DNA of 64,000 bases from Octopus sinensis (Eukaryota), in contig NC_042999.1 in NCBI RefSeq assembly GCF_006345805.1, positions 170,996,001-171,060,000 of the forward strand, read 5' to 3'. Made by a program: the position numbers and the translations under genes. The notes below the pieces were generated by a model. The model was not told the origin of the DNA. It did not search any database and saw only the letters and a program-made list of their open reading frames with translations. This document shows, piece after piece, positions 1 to 14,185 of the stretch. Every line of letters starts with the position of its first letter. Positions within the stretch are counted from its first letter, which is position 1.

Positions 1-565
1 GGAAGCACATGCCTTATTTCACACGACTATTTTGCCGAAGCAGTCGCTGATTCATATGCTAAATACTATATAATGACAGGTGGGATTCAGCTAAATCATC
101 TAGCGGTAGAGTAGTCACCACTAAGGAGCTTTAATTCGACGTGAAATTAAACTTGTATGGTGATCTAGCACACTGTGGGGTGGGTACCTCGCCTGTCAGT
201 TCATAGACATATGCTTCCTGCGGCAATAAGGGTTTTTTCGCTCTCATTTCCAGAAGTTCAGGTACTAACTACTCTGCACCGTCTGTGACAAGTAGTGACA
301 ACAAAACACACGCGCACACACACACGCACATACACACACACGTATAAACACACATGCATACACACACATACATACATATACATGCTTCTTTAGCTTGTAT
401 ACACATGCCTTGTTAGCTTGTAGAGCATATGTAATAGTAAGCAGACTGAACCTATGACAAACTAAGTGTCTTGCTCAATACATCACCGATTTGGTTGATC
501 CAAGAATCGAACACACGAACTCACGATACTGAACACCACACCTTGAAGAAGGGTCGCAACATATA

Positions 566-609
<44 letters not shown>

Positions 610-1600
610 TATATATATTATATATATATACATACATACATATATATATATATATAAACACACACACACCACACAACATCATATATATATGTGCGTGTGT
701 GTTTGAGTATATGTTTTGTGTATGTATATATATATATATATTTATATGTATACATGCATAACTATATGTGTGAAAGCATTTTGTTTAATCTTTACGCATT
801 TTATTATTTTAAAAATCATCTCGCTGAACTTCCTCCTATCAATATCATTATTTTCCTGGTTGTAGTTTTACACATTAGTTACAGAGTAGCGATGTGAGTG
901 CAGAAAACCACAATGTGTTAATTATTATTTTAAGAGTGATCACATCGATTGCACTTTTACCTCATCCTAGAAAATATATCACAAAATTCCGTTTCATGTT
1001 CTTTGAAATATAGAGTATTTGTGTTGTAGTCAGAATGTAATTAATATCATACCATTTTATTCCTATGGCTTTAACTTCATGTTTTATCAATTTTATGCAC
1101 ATCAATTGAGTATCAATCCTACCCCGAAGCTGAGTATTTGATAACCTTTGACTAAAAATATATGAGTGCCAATGGAAGAAATCAATAATAATTTCAAAAA
1201 TATATTTGATGATCACTGTTCAACATGCTCCCGATCAGCGGGGATTGCAAGGTACTGTTAATACATGATTTAATAAATCTTCACTTGACCTACAACAATA
1301 ATGCCCTGCTGAAATATTTAAACACTGTAATTTTCAATTTCCCAACGAATAGCATTTTACTGCTTAAAATCACCTACATTTAAAGTAAAAAATCAGATAA
1401 TTATTCAAAGAGAGAATGTGAAATGTGGTATTTTCTATAATATCTTATATGTTAATACATCCAAGAAATATTCATAATTATTGGTATTCTTGTGCTAATC
1501 TATGTTTGTTAATGCGCATTTGTGGGTGTTTGTATGCGTGAGTGTGTGTGTACTGTTTAATATACATATATATATGTATATGTATATATATTATATATAT

Positions 1601-1641
<41 letters not shown>

Positions 1642-1645
<4 letters not shown>

Positions 1646-1837
1646 TGCACTCGCAATGATAGATCGCTAGCCACTACACAGTCTTTATTTTCTCTCCTGT
1701 TCCTACTGTGTTACTTTCTGTGAAGAGCGTAGGCTCGAAACGTTAAAAACATTTTCACTTCCCGAGCGTTCAACTAATACATCTGTTTGTTGTCTACACC
1801 ACCTATTTTCGTCTTTTGTTTTTTGTAAATTCTCCCT

Positions 1838-1838
<1 letters not shown>
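1642..1838 (+). mobile_element. Short TA-embedded repeat with a variant hammerhead-like core; second copy at 36915-37105 (-)
   Basis: CTGTGA-AGAGCGTAGGCTC-GAAACGTT at 1718-1744. The two copies share the same order of blocks (gatagatcgctag...cttcccgagcgtt...aatacatctgtttg...aattctccc). Confidence 0.7.
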
Positions 1839-1874
<36 letters not shown>

Positions 1875-2317
1875 AACATTAAAGTGATGGTCTGTTGCCA
1901 ACTTAATGTGATGACAGTCCCAGGATATATATATATATATAAGTCGAAAATATCGTTATAGGTATAAAGATACCATAAACAATTATAGAAAAATGGAGGT
2001 GAGAAAGATGTTGCATTAAAATTAGATTTAATAAAAATAAGATTCAATACATACGCGCGTTTCAAAGGACAATACAAATATGTAAGAAAAAATTGCAGAG
2101 TACCGGGGAACAAGCACAACATATCCATTATGTACGTGCGTTCGATACTGTGTACAACACTAGCACTGCATCGAATTTTCATTTGGCTACATGTATAAAT
2201 ATGTGTATATGTATGTATATATATATGTATACACACACGCAGACACACACAGACACACACACACACATACACACACACACTTATATATATATACATATGT
2301 ATATATACATACATATA

Positions 2318-2362
<45 letters not shown>

Positions 2363-3478
2363 TAGGAAAAAATAAGTTCAAAAAAGAACAATTCAAACTT
2401 TTTGAGAGGTCCAAAAAGAGAGAAAGAATGATTTCTAATACAGATTCATCATATTCATAAAATCAGCCACAAGTAATAAGACTACGAAAATAATAGTTGA
2501 AAAAATATCGTTATAGGTACAAATATACCATTAAGAAATTATAGAAAAAGGTGGAAAAGATGATGCATCAAAATTAGATTTAATACAAAATAGGATTCAA
2601 TACATATGCGCGTTTAGAAGGGCAATGCAAATATGTAAGAAAAACCCCATTACAACATAATTTTTTTGCCATATTTGTAAAATATTTGAAAGTGAAAATT
2701 ACCTTCAAAATACGGCAAATATTTCGTAAAATACGCTTTCGATGTGAAATAGATTTTTTCCATAGGTTTTTTTCGATTGCATTCAAGTACCGCACCTCCA
2801 AATACTTGACTGCCATTTCTAGCACGCCCTGCTACCACGTAACCCCTATTTGTGATAAAGGACTCGAAATACATGTTATTTGGTAGCAGGGAGTGCTAAA
2901 AGTAGCAGCCAAATCTTTCCATTTCTGGAGAAAGGAGCCGTTTACGCGTGATTTCGATGTCACATTCGTTGAAAGCATGCAAAATAACCCGGAAAAGGAA
3001 AAGACACACGAAACTCAGATGCTGAGAAACTCAGACTTTCCCGGTGAACCAACAGGTCAAGTGTATTCTAGTGTATATATATATATATACACATACACTA
3101 TTTTATAAATATGGCAAAAAATGTTTTGTAATGGTATTCAAGTGAAAATTTTGAAAATTATTTAAAAATACAATTAAATATTGTCTGTTTAAAGAAAACT
3201 AAGATATAAATACTTACTGTACAAACAATTTACATTTTTGAAATCATATTCACTAAAAATATTTCGAAATGATAAAAATATTGTCTTTAAGAAAAGCAAA
3301 ATAGAAACATTTACTGTTAAAAAACTCATATTTTTTCGTTGTCCAGTGTCTATGTGTAATCGAAGGATAAGAGGTTCTTGTCTTTCAAGATTAAGAGAAT
3401 TTTCGGAATATTTTCCATTATGTGCTCGTTTGGCTGGGTAACATTGCAAGCAAGCAACATTCAATCTGACTTTTAATG

Positions 3479-3523
<45 letters not shown>

Positions 3524-3924
3524 TAAATTTTCCATATATCCATAGATATAGATAACTGTAAGTCGAAGGACTATCCCTTTCTCTGTATCTCTAATAAAAC
3601 TTGTCCATTTCCTCGCATTCATCCTTGTGCAAAAACTGAGAACAAATTTTAAGTTGTTTTTAGACATTTAACATCTACTTCTAGCGTGCTGGCGTTGTTC
3701 CTCCTGCGCCCTTAATCATAATTATAGATTTTTAATTATATACATAAATATTAATTTTACCGGTATGGTGTATTTTATTCGCTGGTCACTGATATAATCA
3801 TTTTAATAATTACATCCTCAATTCATACGCATATATATATATACAAATTGATGGATAGATAGATAGCTAGATATTAATTTACTTATAAATATATGAGTTC
3901 ATGTCTGTGTTGTGCGTGTGTCTA

Positions 3925-3984
3925 CAGTAATACCTCGCCATTTTTTTTGGAAACTTAACACCCGCAATAGTCGAGGGTTTACTG
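3925..3984. mobile_element. 60-bp Tigger/pogo-like MITE relic
   Basis: TA-CAGTAATACCTCG ... CGAGGGTTTACTG-TA (11/13 TIR match, TA duplication). Confidence 0.6.
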
Positions 3985-5679
3985 TATAGATATTTACTTG
4001 CATGGATTGGTTAAAAACAATTTTATTATGTAAAGTGGTGAAATTACATGCCTCATGAGCGATATAGTTACATACGCGATTCCGTGACCACAGGTTTCGT
4101 GCAAGACATTATCAAAACCAATAAAGTTTGCTTAGTTCCCTCTCGAAATGCTACTTATAATTACGTTCGCGTCTATGCACATTTGTGTGAGCGTGTTAAA
4201 ATGTATGTTTACGTGGCGTATATGTATATGCATTTGTATGTCTCTCTATCAGACTGAATCTCTCCCTCTCTGTCTGACTGTTTGTCTCTCTCTCTTACAT
4301 CCTATTTCTCTTTCGCAAACCCTCGATTACTGTGTCGGTGTGCACTTTTGCGTATGCACGTGCGTTTATGTATTGAAATTTTGCATTTCACTAAGCTATC
4401 AAACTTATTTACAATTAATTACTTTTCTAAAATGCATTTCTAAGTAAAAATTTCTCCAAGTTCTCAATGTCATTGCAAAGATCTAAATGGTGTGATGTTA
4501 ATTCAAAACTAATACAGAATGCATCAACAGCAAAAATAATATGATGAATTAAATCGCTAAATCACATGCAACCAATTACCGCTTAGATATCCTTATGACA
4601 ACTCTTAGATTTGTCATATTTCTTGTACCTTCCTTAAATTTACAGCTGCTTTTGTCTTACTAAACAACTGTTTTTCGCTTTCTATGCAAATCGTTTGAAT
4701 TGAAAATCCTATTTCGCAGAGAACGTAATGAAATTGGAATGAGCAACCTAATAGAAAAGAATAGTCGTAAATAATGGGAACTTTCTACTTGTCAAAATTT
4801 AAGGGTTCTTTTTATGAATTTCAATATTTTGTATTAGAATGGAAAAGTTCCTGGTTGTCAAGGAGCTACGGAGGTTATACTGAATTATTTAAAAGTTATC
4901 AGTTTGTCACTAGAACACATAGGTTTCTTGTTTAGATCATCCTAAGCCCATATCTAGTAAGTTAGTTTGAACTGTGGCTCTTTCGGCATTTTTTCACTAT
5001 ATTCTATTAAGATTTGCATTACAAATGCGTCAAATAAATTTTTGCGTTATCAGCTATTGTTAAACAAGTTGATCCACCACGCGGAAGGATAATTGTCGTT
5101 GATTTCACAGGCATCAATTGAAACTGGTGTTCTTTATTATTTATTTAACTTTTCCTTAGGAGGAAAGATATAAAAATAAAAACAAAACTAGGGTATCTTA
5201 AATGAGATGCTGAATAAAAAGAGTATGATATTTGAACCAGAACTTTATTATTTGAAATAATTTTGAAGACATAACAAATCAAAGCATTTTTTGTGTAGTA
5301 TATTTGTATGTATTAAGTTAGGAAGAAAATAAATAACGAAAATGAGTATTGTACTTGGTACAGAGGGCCATGCATTGTACGTAATTATGTGCTATGAAAT
5401 GTATAATGTCTTTATCTATCTGTCTGTCTGTCTATTTATTAAATCATCAAATACAAGCATAGTTGACATCATCAAACACAGCAGCATTAGAATTAAGCTT
5501 CTGAAGGTCATGCAGGTGACCGGATTAATCTCCAATCAGATCTGTTATCCGATGGGCAGAAAACCACATTATGCAGCTGAAGGAGAATAAATTCGAATTA
5601 TTATACTTGGTAAGAAAAGGATTTCACGTAAGCTACTACACTCTTCCCTTGGGGAAAAACCTTATCGGATCAAACCTCG

Positions 5680-6300
5680 CTTGAGACCTCGGAGTAACTG
5701 TTGCCAACAACTTAAACTGGAGTGCCCACATAAATAACATAGTCGACATCGCCCGCAAGGCGTAGTCCTGGATCCTTAGGACTTTTCAGTTTAGAGAGGC
5801 TCCTACCAGTATCCTTCTGTTCTCCAACTTCACCCGTTCTCACCTTTGAATAATGTTGTCTGCTGTGGTCTCCCTATCTGAAACAGTATATTGTAAAAAC
5901 GGAAGCACCTCAGAGATCGATCACAAGGAAAATAGACGGCAATCCTTATCCCCTTCAACGTCTCCATGGAAGCTATATCATTTGGATGCCATGAAAAATA
6001 TTTCAACATTACTGCTCAATTGAGGTTGTCATCTATTTAATGCTATCGGTCCTCTATAAAATTCATGCTCCCGTCGCATCACAGTACTAAGAAAGAACTA
6101 TTTCATCTCAGCTGGATCTGCTCTCTTCAACATCATGTCGAGACACACAAGAAATTAGAAGGATCTCCTAATATTTAAACGGTTTCTGGATGATTATTTC
6201 CAACAAATTTCAGATAAACTACCTACCCCCGGATATATATCTGCAAAGAATAATTATCTACTCGAATGGGATATGGTGCCCATTGAATGACTAATATGAA
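5680..6300 (+). mobile_element. Decayed CR1/L2-group LINE RT C-terminus
   Basis: DLGVTVANNLNWSAHINNIV...WILRTF and E*CCLLWSPYLKQYIVKTEAPQRSITRKIDG, homologous to the 55.9-kb copy; multiple stops. Confidence 0.8.
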
Positions 6301-6379
6301 GCATCTTTAAATGCTTTTCCCAGATGGTGTTATTAAGTTAGACATGGCTTGGGCCAATGTTGGTCGAAACTTATCTAGT

Positions 6380-6623
<244 letters not shown>

Positions 6624-6821
6624 CCTATATATATAATATACTGATCCATGATAGAAAATTCAACAAAAAAGTGTTCTATCTGTGCTGTGGCTGTCTTTAG
6701 TCGAACAAATTGATCCCAGGACTTATTCTTTGTAAGCCTAGTATTTGTTCTATCAGCTCTTTTGCCGAACCTCTAAGTTACGGAGACGTATACACACCAT
6801 CATGTAGTGGTATATATATAT

Positions 6822-6878
<57 letters not shown>

Positions 6879-6886
6879 AAACAAGA

Positions 6887-7262
6887 GCAAAAGAAAAAAG
6901 ATTTCTATGTCAATATGCTGAGAATAGACTTAAATCGTCAATCATCACATTTCAATATACATTCACCATGAATACATGTCGTGCAGAAATCGAGGAAGGC
7001 AAGGTAAGAGAATTTTTTTAAAAATCATTATCTCTATATTGAATCAATTTCGGGATTAATGCTACGGATTTTTCCCTCTTCAGTAGAGAATACGATAAGA
7101 AATAAATGAAATACTTACAAGCACCCATGGAAAAAATTCTGTTAGCTTGCCTTCCTCGATTTCAGCACGACATGTATTCACGGTGAATGTATATTGAAAT
7201 GTGGTGATTAAAGATTTGAGTCTATTCTCAGCATATTGGCATAGATATCCTTTTTCTTTTGC
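6887..7262. mobile_element. Fold-back non-autonomous element (~130-bp inverted arms) with a hammerhead in the loop
   Basis: 6887-7018 is the approximate reverse complement of 7131-7262; (TA)n lies on both sides. Confidence 0.75.
7031..7089 (-). ncRNA. Minimal type-I hammerhead ribozyme, complete core
   Basis: Minus strand reads UCUCUA-CUGAAGA-GGGA(17 nt)UCCC-GAAAUUGA-U-UCAAUA-UAGAGA: 6-bp stem I, 4-bp stem II, palindromic stem III, AUA cleavage triplet. Confidence 0.8.
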
Positions 7263-7570
7263 CCTTCTTTATAAATTGTTTATAATTTTCGCCTTTAAAG
7301 GTATTTTAATATGTTGCCACTTTGATGAAATGTTTTTGGAAAAAAATGTTATCATATATTACAAGTTTATATATATATATATATATATATATCTATATAT
7401 ATATATGCGACAGACCTCTTTCTACTTCCGTCAATCAAATCCTCTCACGAGGCTTTGGTTGGCCCGAGGCTATAGTAGAAGACACTTACCCAAAGTACCA
7501 CGCACCGGGACTGAACCCGGAACCATGTGGTTGGGAATCAAGCTCCTTCCCACACAGCCACACCTGCGCT

Positions 7571-7625
<55 letters not shown>

Positions 7626-7707
7626 GAGGATAAAACTTTTTTATAAATATTTAATCAGTGGCCAGCATATAAAATGAACCATTTAAAGTGAAAATTACAT
7701 GTATAAT

Positions 7708-8133
7708 TATAATAAGGGCTTAGAAAAATTTTCTAGCCTATATGCTGAGAAATAGACGCTAAATCGCCTTACCACTCAAAGAAGTCACAAACACACGTAT
7801 TGAATTTGACCAACAAGCTAACGGATAGTTCTATATTAGACTAATTTTTGGGTTTGCCTAAAGGCTCTCCCGTCTTCAGCAGAACACACTAATAGAAATA
7901 AATGAAATATTTATATATACACACAGGAAGGTAAGCGCTTTCTATTAAGACGGGAAAGCCTTTAGGCGAACCCAGAAATTAGGCTAATACAGAACTACCT
8001 ATTTTATTAAAAATGTCCATTAGCTTGTTGCGTCGAATTCAACACATCTGTTCTTGACTTCTTTGAGTGGCCAGATGATGTGGCCTCTATTTCTCAACAT
8101 ATAGGCTAGAAAAATTGTCTAAGCCCCTATTAT
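7708..8133. mobile_element. Fold-back element (~175-bp arms) with a decayed hammerhead in each arm (7829-7884 -, 7940-7994 +)
   Basis: Arms begin AATAAGGGCTTAG / end CTAAGCCCCTATT. Both carry stem I UUCUR/YAGAA, a stem II containing GCC-UUUA-GGC, and palindromic AUUAG-N-CUAAU-A. Confidence 0.72.
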
Positions 8134-8140
8134 ATATATA

Positions 8141-8245
<105 letters not shown>

Positions 8246-8269
8246 CTATATATACATATATATATATAT

Positions 8270-8460
8270 AGTTAATCCAAACATGAAAGCACAAAAAAAC
8301 ACAACAACGCGAGGACGTGGAACAAATATAATATTATTGGACGCTCAGGAAAGAAGGAAAGAAGGAGGGTTTAACGTTTCGAGCAGAGCTCTTCGTCGGA
8401 AACATTGGAGAAGGAAGATCCAGAGAAGGGAAATTGCCAAGGTAAACACGCGGTCACTTT

Positions 8461-8465
<5 letters not shown>
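8270..8465 (-). mobile_element. Short TA-embedded repeat with a hammerhead-like core (8369-8403)
   Basis: Minus strand GUUU-CCGACGA-AGAGCUCUGCUC-GAAACGUU-AAAC (U4C change in core); (TA)n on both sides. Confidence 0.6.
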
Positions 8466-8519
<54 letters not shown>

Positions 8520-8740
8520 ATATAACAAGGGTGGTCAAATAGATATACTCAGCAGAATAGGCCTGATGAGTTGGCGGCTGCATAAAATACGAATTTACGT
8601 AATGTTCATAATAAATTATGTAATGGCCTAGTATTTGAATTAAACAACGCTATTGAGACGCGTGAATTGATGTATTAAACTGTCCATTCATTTTCGCTTA
8701 CTATGTAAATGCGTGTGTGCGTATATATATATATATATAT

Positions 8741-8807
<67 letters not shown>

Positions 8808-11214
8808 ACATTGTGCATACATACAAGTATGCTTACACAGATATTTACTTATATTTTTTTAAGTATGTCTACATGGCTATATGTGTGTGCCTATGCACGC
8901 ACTCAAAAATTTTGTTTCTTCAACATGTAAAAGCACTCTGCTTAAAATTTAGGAAAATTAGAAGAGGTTCCTGTATTTCAAACACATGAACATATTTACG
9001 TACTTACATACACTACACACAAAGATACGTTCGCGCGAACACTCTCACATTTATATTTACTGACATACATTTATGGATATGTATGCATGTACATGAATGC
9101 ATGACTACGTATGTATATATGTGTATAAACCGAGAAACCATTATGAAGAGAATAACGTGCCCTTGCAAATGTTAACCGAAAATTGTCATTTGCTCCTAAT
9201 GGCTTTTCAATACAATTCAAATAATATATTCTCAAAGATGCATTACTACAAATCATCAAGAAGTACATGTGGCAGTGCCCTCAAGACATTCGACTCTCTA
9301 GATACAAATCCAGACAACTATATCAATTGGTTTCTTGTAGTTCTATACAATTTTCCTATCCAACGAAATATTCACTCATAAATCCACTGATATTACCGAC
9401 CTCAGAGCTATTATTCCAAGCAACATTATATCGACTATTCTGTTTGAAGTCTTTTATCTTTTCAGCAATTTGTATTTTTTCTTTTCTCTTCCTTGAAATT
9501 CGTCCATTTGGATGAAATGGTAATGAACAATAATCGAAAATCTATAGCAACTAAATATCTAAATACTTTGCTTGTCTATCCAGAATTTAAATGTATGAAT
9601 GCATAATGGGATAATATAATTGGGATATTCATTTTAATTACTTCTAACGTGAAAACTTTATATATCTTTGAAATATATCTTCGAAGTCCCGGATAAATAT
9701 ATGATATAAAGTCTGATTCTGAAAATGCAGTAGATTTGAAGTAAGATCATTTCAAAAGTTATGATTTTCAAATCTTGGATCGAAATATTTCATTATCTAT
9801 TGTAGATTACTGAAGCATCTCAAAAAAATTGTACACATTAGGATAACACATCGATAGCCTAGGTTGGTGTCAAACTGTAAAATGGACAGGACTTTTGAGG
9901 GTGTGATCATATAACGATAGAATAAGTATCTTTCTTGTCTGCTTCGTCTGCGAAATTGCACGATAATGCAGACAAGATATACAATTTGGCTTTTAATGTT
10001 TCAACATACATTGGTTACAATCACATTTTAAGATAGATATTAATTTATGTAATCTGGTTATGAAGCGAGGAAAGCAAGACGAGCAGTACCAAACATCTCT
10101 TGCCATATTAGGTCTAACAAAGGTGGCGAGTTGGCAGAACAGTTAGCACGCCAGATAAAATGCTTAGCGGAACTTCGTCCATCTTTATGTTATGAGTTCA
10201 AATATTGCTGGTGTCGACTTAATTTTCATCCTTCCAGGATCGATAAAATATGTAACATTTGAGTACTGGGGTCGATGTAATCGACTCATCCCCTACCATG
10301 ACGTTGCTGGGCTTGTGCCAAAATTTGAAACCAGTATCAGGCGTAATGTTCCGTTCACGTACCTTGCATGTTTTGAGTTTTTTTGCCAGGCGATGTTCAG
10401 TGGCAGGTCATTATAAAATATATTTTCTACTTATTTGTTTTCTGATTTTTATATTTAGGGATGTGGACAAAAAACATCGTTCTTCAGTTTCATTTGAAAG
10501 GAACAACTACTTTTTTAGGAAATGCGATTGTAGAATTTCATTAAATACTCAAAATATTTTTTAAAGATTACCTTCACTTTACAGAGCATTCATGATGAAA
10601 TAACTTCTAACAGATTGTGATATTAATGGAATAGAGATTTCTGATATTGATTGTTGGTGAAATAGCATTTTTTATTGTTATCCCAGCAGATTACAAATTA
10701 TTAATAAGGTCTTTCGTGTGATTATTTCAATTATAATTATGAAAACAAACATACTCGCAAATACACTTGCTTGTAATTTTCGGAAACGTATGCGAGGTTT
10801 TAGGAAATTAAATTCATTTCCCGTAGAACATTACTCTTCATGTATAGCATCTGTTACATGCGATATGTTATTCTTTGGTAAACGAAAAAGAACTTTTCAA
10901 GGAGTATATGCTGAGAAGCTGTTCAGAAAAGACTAAGCTTCCTGAAAATATGAACTATCAGATAGTAATATTCAACTGTGAATAGAAACTTCATAGCCCA
11001 CAGGCAGTATATCTGACCATCTGACTTATTATTCTCTGACATTTATAACTAAATAGTGGTTCATTTTCTTTTAGATCTGTGCCTCTTAAAACATTGCATT
11101 TGTCTTATAATTTGTATTACCGCAAGTACATTGTGATGGATTAGCACCGCGCTTATTCTTTTGCTCGTTTCTGAAAATTAAGGATCCATTTAACTAAACT
11201 TAGAATAAACATGC

Positions 11215-11215
11215 A

Positions 11216-11295
<80 letters not shown>
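11215..11295. repeat. (CA)n microsatellite; many further (CA)n, (GA)n, (TA)n, (TAA)n and (TATG)n tracts across the window
   Basis: Seen directly; also e.g. (TAA)n 7571-7625, (TA)n 8135-8270, 23840-24060 and 43820-43965, (TATG)n 54134-54230. Confidence 0.99.
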
Positions 11296-11298
<3 letters not shown>

Positions 11299-11470
11299 AC
11301 ACACACAATCGCATACACTCATATACAAGATACAGTATTCAATATTTCAATAAGCCCATGTTCATATTTTTCCTGAATAGTTATCACTTTGACTTAAGAC
11401 AGAAACACGACCAAATCTAAAGCTAGTTGCAAATAAAACGATAACAGTTACCAACCACACAGCCACTCCT

Positions 11471-11505
<35 letters not shown>

Positions 11506-12016
11506 TATTAGTTATGAGCATGTAGTGTTTCAACATATTTGAATCGATATATTAACCAAGTTGTATATGCTGTAAAGAAAATAGTCACGTAATTTTAAAC
11601 AGAGGAACAGTTATTCAGCTCGTGGTTTACAATGAAAACAAATATGATCCTTACTTCGTAGAATGATATCGAATTTCTGGCGATGTGTGTACTTTTTTAT
11701 GACATCTGTTGTTCGAACAAGAGATATAGTTCACATCTGTGTATAGAAGAAATACCTGGGAATAGATCTGTTTTCGCTGTGACACAAGAGGACAACAACA
11801 CGTATACCAAAGAAGAGTAGCGAAAATGCAGTTCAGCTTAATGTTAAGATGTTGCCTAGGTGACAAAGCAACAGAAGCAAAACACCATCTTCATATGAAT
11901 CAAATACAATTTCCGGCGACTGTTTGCTGCGTTAAGTATTTGAGAGAACTGCTTAGAATTACAATAGATGAAGAATTAAGGAGTGACAGATCACCTACAT
12001 ATATGAGGTCTAAATC

Positions 12017-12245
12017 GGCGAGCTGGCAGAAACGTTAGCGCGCCGGACGAAATGCTTAACAGTATTTCGTCTGCCGTTACGTTCTGAGTTCAAATTCCGC
12101 CGAGGTCGACTTTGCCTATCATCCTTTCAGGGTCGATAAATAAAGTACCAGTTACGCACCGGGGTCGATGTAATCGATTTAATTCCTTTGTCTGTCTTTG
12201 TTTGTCCTCTCTATGTTTAGCCCCTTGTGGGCAATAAAGAAATAT
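12017..12245 (+). mobile_element. tRNA-headed SINE family A; other copies at 10121-10337 (+), 29170-29330 (+), 58728-58880 (-)
   Basis: Shared ggcgagctggcag...gagttcaaattccgccgaggtcgactttgcct(t/a)tcatcc...gataaa...ggggtcgatgtaatcga across four dispersed copies. Confidence 0.85.
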
Positions 12246-12663
12246 ACATATATGAGGTCTACATAAAGTGACGGAGGACTGGTACAAGTAATCTTTTCCA
12301 AGCCTGAAATGAAGAACGGCCCTGTTAACTTTAAGCTTAATACATGTGTTACCACAAGTTTCATGAGAGTTAAGTTATAGAACTTAAAAGAAAAACTGCA
12401 ATGTGTGCAAAAAGAGAAAAGAAAAAAAACAAGCCTGATGAATTGACGTGTACCTGCTTATATGCTTGGCGATGTATAGTCGGGTGTGAGAACTTAAAAG
12501 ACTATATGTTTGTATGCGTGACAAGGGCTAAACGTTAAGACTGTTTCCTTTTGATGAATAGTTATTTAGCTGAGGAATAGAAAAGTAGTTTCAGTTTTAA
12601 AATTATTTTGATTACTTGATACACACAGATATGAGGACACAACGCAAACAGACACACACACAT

Positions 12664-12713
<50 letters not shown>

Positions 12714-14111
12714 GCCAGCATGAAGAAACAGACTTCCCCATCGCTTTCGGTCTATGGCATGCAAGACTCGTTGCAATTCAAAGGAATGAAGTAATACTGA
12801 CTGATTATTTATTAGATATCTGTTAGCCGTACAGGTGTGTATGTGTGCGTATGGATGTTCAGTGAATATATGTACATTCCTGTATTTATATGTGTATGTA
12901 TAAATGTGTATGTGCGCACTTCTGATCTCTGCGTGTGTGAGGCGTCTAGTGTATGCTAGTATATTTTGCAATACAGATATGCGGACACAACACACGCGTG
13001 CGCGCGCAAACACACGCATACACACACACACGTAGTTGCTTTCGACATTTTAGGGTGCGTGAGAACGACTGTTGTAGCTAGAATAGTAGCAATAGCATTG
13101 CTGGCGTTGGATTGATGTCTGGAAGTGTTAGGAGGAGAAAGGAAGAGGGGAAAACTTATATACCTCAATATGCGTGTGTATGTAAGTGTGTGCGCGCGCG
13201 TGTGTAAGTGTGTGCGTGCGTGAATGTGCACAGACCTAAGAATATAGAGACGATTTTAGAAGCTTACTGAGAATGAAGATGCATATATCGGTCGTTAGGT
13301 ACCGCACCCTAGGTTTTGGGTGGGGATTATTGAGGCGCAGCCAATGTGAAAGTGTTACGTCTAGGTTCTCCGTGGCAAGTGGCTTGGAGTTCAACAGGAC
13401 GGCATAACTCTAATGGCAGCAATAAGCTTGTATTTCCTGTCAGACACTTCGCAACCTCCAGATGGACTCCTCCCCTGCGTCGAATAGACCATCATCAGCA
13501 GGCATCGCCATCTTTCTCCTCCTCCACCCGTATTTTGCCAGCTCTGCCTGTACTAAAGACTGCATATTCTTCGCCAACCCACTGTGTCTATAAACAGGAA
13601 TACGACCTATCTTACACGTTTTTGAAATTTTCTAAATGTGAAAAAATAGAGATTTTATTGTAGTTATATTCCTTGCTAGTAGTTTTAGATTTTATAAGCC
13701 ATAGAGGAAGGTTTTACTTGCTAATTGCAAGGGTAATGTTATCTACAGTATGTCTATCGTGTTACAAAGATTAATTCACATCTGACTTATTAATATATCT
13801 TCTAGTTAAAACATGTGTGATTCGGGATCATATCATCTGTAACGAACTGCATTTCTGAGAGTTATTTACAAATGCATTTTAATGTACATATATTCAACGA
13901 GTATATATAAAAACAATTTTGTAACACACGTAGAGTTCAAAAAGCAGTATTTTTAGATTAGATGTATATGTATATAAGCATATATACTTACCTATCCACC
14001 TACCAGTCAAAACCTACCAATCTACCTACCGACATATACATACATACACACATATATACGTACATAAATACATACGTATATACGTACATACACACATGTA
14101 CATACGCATAT

Positions 14112-14185
<74 letters not shown>

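Noticed and set aside
2045-2140. Minus-strand GAAAC-GCGC-GUA in a repeat duplicated at 2500-2650
   Set aside because: Stem III and triplet look right but no recognisable CUGANGA; too decayed to call.
8553-8610. CTGATGA followed by GAAT-TTACGTAA palindrome
   Set aside because: GAAA is broken, the cleavage position is G and there is no stem I; not counted as a hammerhead.
9190-9800. Possible hAT or other transposase relic on the minus strand (FKFWIDKQ...LLFITISS)
   Set aside because: Motif match too weak and fragmented.
12017-12110. tRNA gene call for SINE heads (also 39930-39990)
   Set aside because: No cloverleaf; they continue into SINE bodies present in multiple copies.
13465-13505. Minus-strand CCTG-CTGATGA...CAGG
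   Set aside because: Stem I-like pairing but no GAAA or stem III.
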